Shown piece after piece: positions 59,481-64,000 of a DNA stretch of 64,000 nucleotides. The DNA is from Chrysomallon squamiferum. Taxonomy: Eukaryota; Animalia; Mollusca. The number at the start of each line of letters is the position of its first letter. Position 1 is the stretch's first letter. The notes under the pieces are model-generated. The model did no database searches. It had not been told where the DNA came from and worked only from the letters and a program-made list of their open reading frames with translations. The stretch is taken from contig CM022673.1 in NCBI GenBank assembly GCA_012295275.1, positions 18,476,001-18,540,000 of the forward strand, in the 5' to 3' direction. The position numbers and the translations under genes are program-made.

Positions 59481-61670
59481 TGTGTGTGTGTGTGTGTATG
59501 ATTTGATTAACTATTTTAAAATCAATATATGTCACTGGAGTTTAAGATAACTTGGAAATTAAAATTTGTCACATTAATGAATTCTGTTTTGTTCTTTAGT
59601 AATAGATTCGGCTTTTGTAATACTTTAACTTCTGTTTTAATTGCCCTTATCTATTCTTCAGGAAGATAATTTAATATTAGTTGATAAATATATGAAATCT
59701 GTGAAAAAGGTAAGTCAGGAAATCTCTCTTGAACTATTTCAGCTATTGCTGATATTTTAAGAAATCCTGTAATAAATCCATATGTAATATCAGTGAAAGT
59801 AGTTATTCCACAAATAACGAAAAATTTCATAAATAACATTTTATTGTCATGCTTGATAAAAGGGTTGTTTGTTACTATTTGAATAAAGCTTTCAGGGACG
59901 ATCGTTTCTCGACTGGAAACACTATCCTATGCGAATAGTAATTTTGAATAAAAATATTAATGTTTTGAGAAATTCAGTAATTGGACATTTCTACACTGAT
60001 TTAAGTTCATTATCGAAATACTTTTGTAATAATTTTATTTGGAAAGCAATCTTTCTTAAGTTGAACATCTTGAATATTTAAACCTCCTGATTTTTTTTTC
60101 TAGTCATAGTAGAATATTTAATTAAAGCATATTTGTTTTCCCATATACATTTTTTCTAAATTTCTTTTTATGAATTTCACTTACTCTAATTGTAGTATCG
60201 TGAGTATGCTGATATATTAACAAAGTACAGTTTTCCGATATTTGTTACCATTAATATTATCTTTCCTTTTAATAAAAATATTTAAAGATTCAGGAACTAT
60301 TGCATACAGCATCACAGAAACTGGACAAGCTTGGCTTCAACCTCTAGAGTAGAAAAGAACAGAGATGAATGTCCATTAATATTAACATACTACTGATATG
60401 TTTATAAAGAATATTTATTCAAGAAATAAAGTTTTCTCCAAAATTACTTTATTTTAATATAAAGCTTTGTGATACACTATCACAGATTTTTTCTTGATCT
60501 ATTTTGATTAAGTAACCTTCTTCTTTTCTTCATTCTGTTAAAGCTATTATATCTTATTGACATTACATTAGTTATTATAAATTTTTCATCACGGCAGATA
60601 ATTTTTGACATCATTTTCTTGAAACGGTTCGCTAATACTTTAGAAATCATTTTGCTTTTGATCTTAAAATTGCTGCTTTGCATAACCTTTTTTAATTATC
60701 AGCTAATTCTTTTTCTAAAATCTGAAATCTAGTTTATATCATAGTCGTTATTTAAGGCTGGTTTTGACATTTCTCTTTTATATATATTATAATATTGTTT
60801 ATTTTCTAATTTTCGTTTTTTCAATGAATAATACAAAGTAAAACTTTAGTTTTGTATTTCAGATTGTCCCACCAAACCAATGGTTCAGATAAAAATAGTG
60901 AACATTCTTTCGCTTCACCAGTAATTCCTTCTAAGCGTTACAGAAATCTTTGCCATTTAATAACTGGTATTGAAAATCCAAACACCTTGTCTTCTTTCTA
61001 TTTTAGAAAAATCTAAGTTTAATGGAATAAAATTATGATTAATCAGAGTTGTCTAACCAATGTCCATAACTGTCTTAGTAACTTTTCTGTTAACTGTGTT
61101 CTACTAAATTATCTTTTATCTGGATTTCTGTCACGCCAATTATCTAAGAGATTTAGTTCATTCTTTAGAATATGATTTAACGTCATATTAAAATTCGTAT
61201 TCTTAATTCCTAATTGTAAATAAAAATCATCCGCAATTATTTTCTTTTCACCATTGAAAATTGTTGCATTTTTCTGGAAGATTAAACATCATCATCCTAT
61301 TTAAAAAAAAAAAAAAAAATGTTTTATCTTTTTCTGTCTTCATTGCAGCTATCAATACTAAACTCATGTGGACAGTTATTCGATACTAAAATTACAATAA
61401 CTTTTCTGTTTTTAGACTAATAATTATTGTAAATAAATGTTTATATCCTTCTATAAAATCATTATCCAAAAAGGTTTCTTCAAGAAAACTATATAGGAAT
61501 ATCTACTTTTAATAGCTGCAAATAATGAATTCATTTTGTCAATATCTCTCAAACCTTTAAATTTTAAAGAGATTAACAACACTGTGAATATTATAATGTG
61601 AAGAAAATAATCCAGTGCTAATATCTTTATCTTTAATATGTAGGTTTTTGACAATAAAATTTTGAACACT
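58930..61670 (-). mobile_element. Decayed Tx1-like LINE ORF2 (EN+RT), copy 3
   Basis: ISLKFKGLRD (EN start, ORF 61451..61669), DNWRDRNPDK, KMISKVLANRFKKMMSKII (ORF 60480..60683). Confidence 0.8.
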
Positions 61671-61902
61671 GATTGATTTCGTTATTTAAACATATATCTA
61701 AGATATTAACATTTTTATTTTAAAAAAAGGTTTTGGTACTGAAGAATGAAGAATGTCGAGATTATTTAGTTACAATAGTTGTGAATCATAAAATCCTCGT
61801 TTATTTGTTTTATGCTGTAAGAATGACCGTTTATAGGCGTAGACATATTTGGCAGGTATGTTATTAAAATCTGTTTTATAATGGCATGTTATATGTTCTT
61901 TA

Positions 61903-62075
61903 TACAGATGTCTTCATAAAATAAAGAACATTTATTATTTAAGGATTATATAACAGTTTCTAAAACTAAAGACAGAGTTATTAGTTCGTACAGATGTCTT
62001 CATAAAATAAAGAACATTTATTATTTAAGGATTATATAACAGTTTCTAAAACTAAAGACAGAGTTATTAGTTCGT
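61903..62075. repeat. Perfect tandem duplication, 86-bp unit x2
   Basis: TACAGATGTCTTCATAAAA...GTTATTAGTTCG starts at 61903 and 61989. Confidence 0.9.
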
Positions 62076-62173
62076 AGTTATATCTCATATTTACTGTAAC
62101 ATCGCCACAGATAAATTATGCAATCATTACAGATCCAATGGTTGGTATTATATAAGTATATATGTGCGTGTAT

Positions 62174-62235
<62 letters not shown>

Positions 62236-62280
62236 GTGTCTACACTTGAGATAGATATGTAACAGTTGATCAAACTTGAT

Positions 62281-62352
62281 AGGTGGGTATATTTAACAAC
62301 ATGCAGATGCGCCTACACCTTTATGTCACCTTTCAACTGATGTTGTTCATCA
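62281..62352 (-). repeat. Dispersed repeat fragment, inverted relative to 52702-52775
   Basis: Reverse complement matches GATGAACAACATCAGCTGAAAGGTGACATAAATGTGTAGGCGCATCT... Confidence 0.75.
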
Positions 62353-62969
62353 CTTAGACGGATGTGCATACGGATGTGCGCCTTGGTTGATGATGAAGTA
62401 ATAACTGTCATTTCTAATGAAACCTATACAATTATTTCCATGATTTAACTTATGATTCATATCAACAATGGACAAAAATATTAACATGGGCAGGATGCTA
62501 AGCTTCTTACTTTTTTGTAAAATGAGTGTATATGAAACTCATTACTGTGTTGATTGACATTCCCTAATGAATTTACTGACTATAAGGTCGTTGAGCAAAA
62601 CTGTAAGCCGTACTGCAAATGCTTATTTTCATGTTACTTTCTTAAGTGTTAATAATCCTTCAGTTTCTCCATTACGTCATCACAGGCAAATATATTTTAC
62701 AATATTTTCTACTGCAATCAGATATATTTCAGAAAAGATAAATATAATCAGTTTTCTTTTAGTATGTAAAAATTGGGTGGTGCTGACTTTTGATACATGT
62801 TTCAAATTCTAGGATTATTATCAGCTGTCTTTTTTCTTCATTAAAAATTCAAATTAAAAATAAAAACAGAATGTCAGAGGTAATCAATGAAAAAATTATA
62901 TTTATTAATTATGTTAGTATTCTTGTTACAGAACTATGCTGCAACTTTTGCATTCGTATTTGTTTTCTT

Positions 62970-63202
62970 CTAGCAAATACGGCCATTGCAGCACTTGTTG
63001 AATGCTGCATCATAACTTCGTCGTCCACAACATGCAGGACGTATTCCACTTCTGGGGACAACGTTTCCCCCACAGCACATGTTGAATGTTGCATCATAAC
63101 CTCGTGTTCCACAACATGCAGGACGTAGTCCACTTTTGGAGACAATGTTTCCCCTGCAGCACATGCTGTATGTTGGACTGTAGCTTCTGTGGCCGCATAC
63201 AG
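62970..63202 (-). CDS. Galaxin-like CC-repeat terminal exon, copy 3 (intact, 12 Cys, cationic)
   Basis: (A)VCGHRSYSPTYSMCCRGNIVSKSGLRPACCGTRGYDATFNMCCGGNVVPRSGIRPACCGRRSYDAAFNKCCNGRIC*; acceptor ATACAG|; first exon and ATG unresolved, so it may be a pseudogene. Confidence 0.7.
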
Positions 63203-63636
63203 CTGTATTTCAAAAATTAATATAATGACTTTTATATATTTTCATTACTATTATCTGCCTGACTCTCTATCAGTCTTATCTCTATATCAATATATATTAA
63301 ATATAGATCTATGCATTTACCTGATGCCTGTGTACGCGCACCTGTATATAAATCGCTAATATTAAAACAATTACCTGGAAGTGTTCAAAAGGCTGTGTGT
63401 TTGTGTAATCAAAGCTTTGTAAGAAAATTACCTTTTGAAAAAACCCAGGCTGATGCTCCCCTTGGCTGAATGCATGTGATTATTAATACAGCGACACAAA
63501 AAGCCAAAAGAGAAATATTCTGCATTTTCTTTTTTCTTTACTTTTTTTAAATGTCTGGAGAGAGAGAGAGAAAAAAAAAATGGCATTATTTCTGATATTA
63601 ATAAAACAATATACAATGTATATATAAATTAATATC

Positions 63637-63716
63637 TAAAATTATATAAATGCAGAAGCCCATAAAATTAAATAAATGCAGAAGCCCATCAAATTATATA
63701 AATGCAAAAGCCCATA
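63637..63716. repeat. About 26-bp minisatellite x3
   Basis: AAATTATATAAATGCAGAAGCCCAT-like units. Confidence 0.8.
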
Positions 63717-64000
63717 CATTATTTGCGATTGTAATATTATAATACTGTAATATTAATTTTAATAATAAAATATAACGAAAGATTAAATCAGAAACATCGA
63801 AGTCGGAAATAATAAAAACTGAAGAAACACCATTGTTGGCTATACACTTAAGTTTTAATTTATAATACTTTCCAAAGCCTATAATCTCTCTCTAATGGAT
63901 AATCCTACGTACTACTACTGCTACTAATAATAATACTAATACCACTACTACTACTAATAATAATGTAAAACACATTCATGCCATGTGACAGTTTGAGTTA

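Noticed and set aside
39767-63145. Alternative frame (LYAATE...VEYVLHVV...) open in all three galaxin-like copies
   Set aside because: Several substitutions are synonymous in the Cys frame (TGC/TGT, GGG/GGT), which also has a shared stop and a recognisable repeat. The apparent phase-0 upstream donor is unresolved, so RNA data should confirm.

Overview
AT-rich, microsatellite-rich animal genomic DNA. It is probably a mollusc/gastropod, inferred only from the SINE and LTR types, and there are no prokaryotic features. The left 25 kb holds one large minus-strand multi-exon gene that the ORF track fragments. All its introns are GT-AG and phase 1. It encodes a signal peptide, two divergent copies of an unrecognised ~155-aa predicted-helical 4-Cys domain, then 12 almost identical ~1.62-kb genomic units (120-nt EGF exon + 474-nt 4-Cys-domain exon, introns included), then at least six further EGF exons running off the window. 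About 2,970 aa are visible if homopolymer indels are assembly errors. The right 27 kb holds three tandem segmental duplicates, each with a decayed Tx1-like LINE and a short galaxin-like CC-repeat exon. Between or inside them lie an RNase-H LINE, a decayed Gypsy element with chromodomain- and env-like remnants, a Tigger-type deletion derivative, and a small LTR element whose pol has been replaced by an intronless transformer-2 (tra2) mRNA copy.
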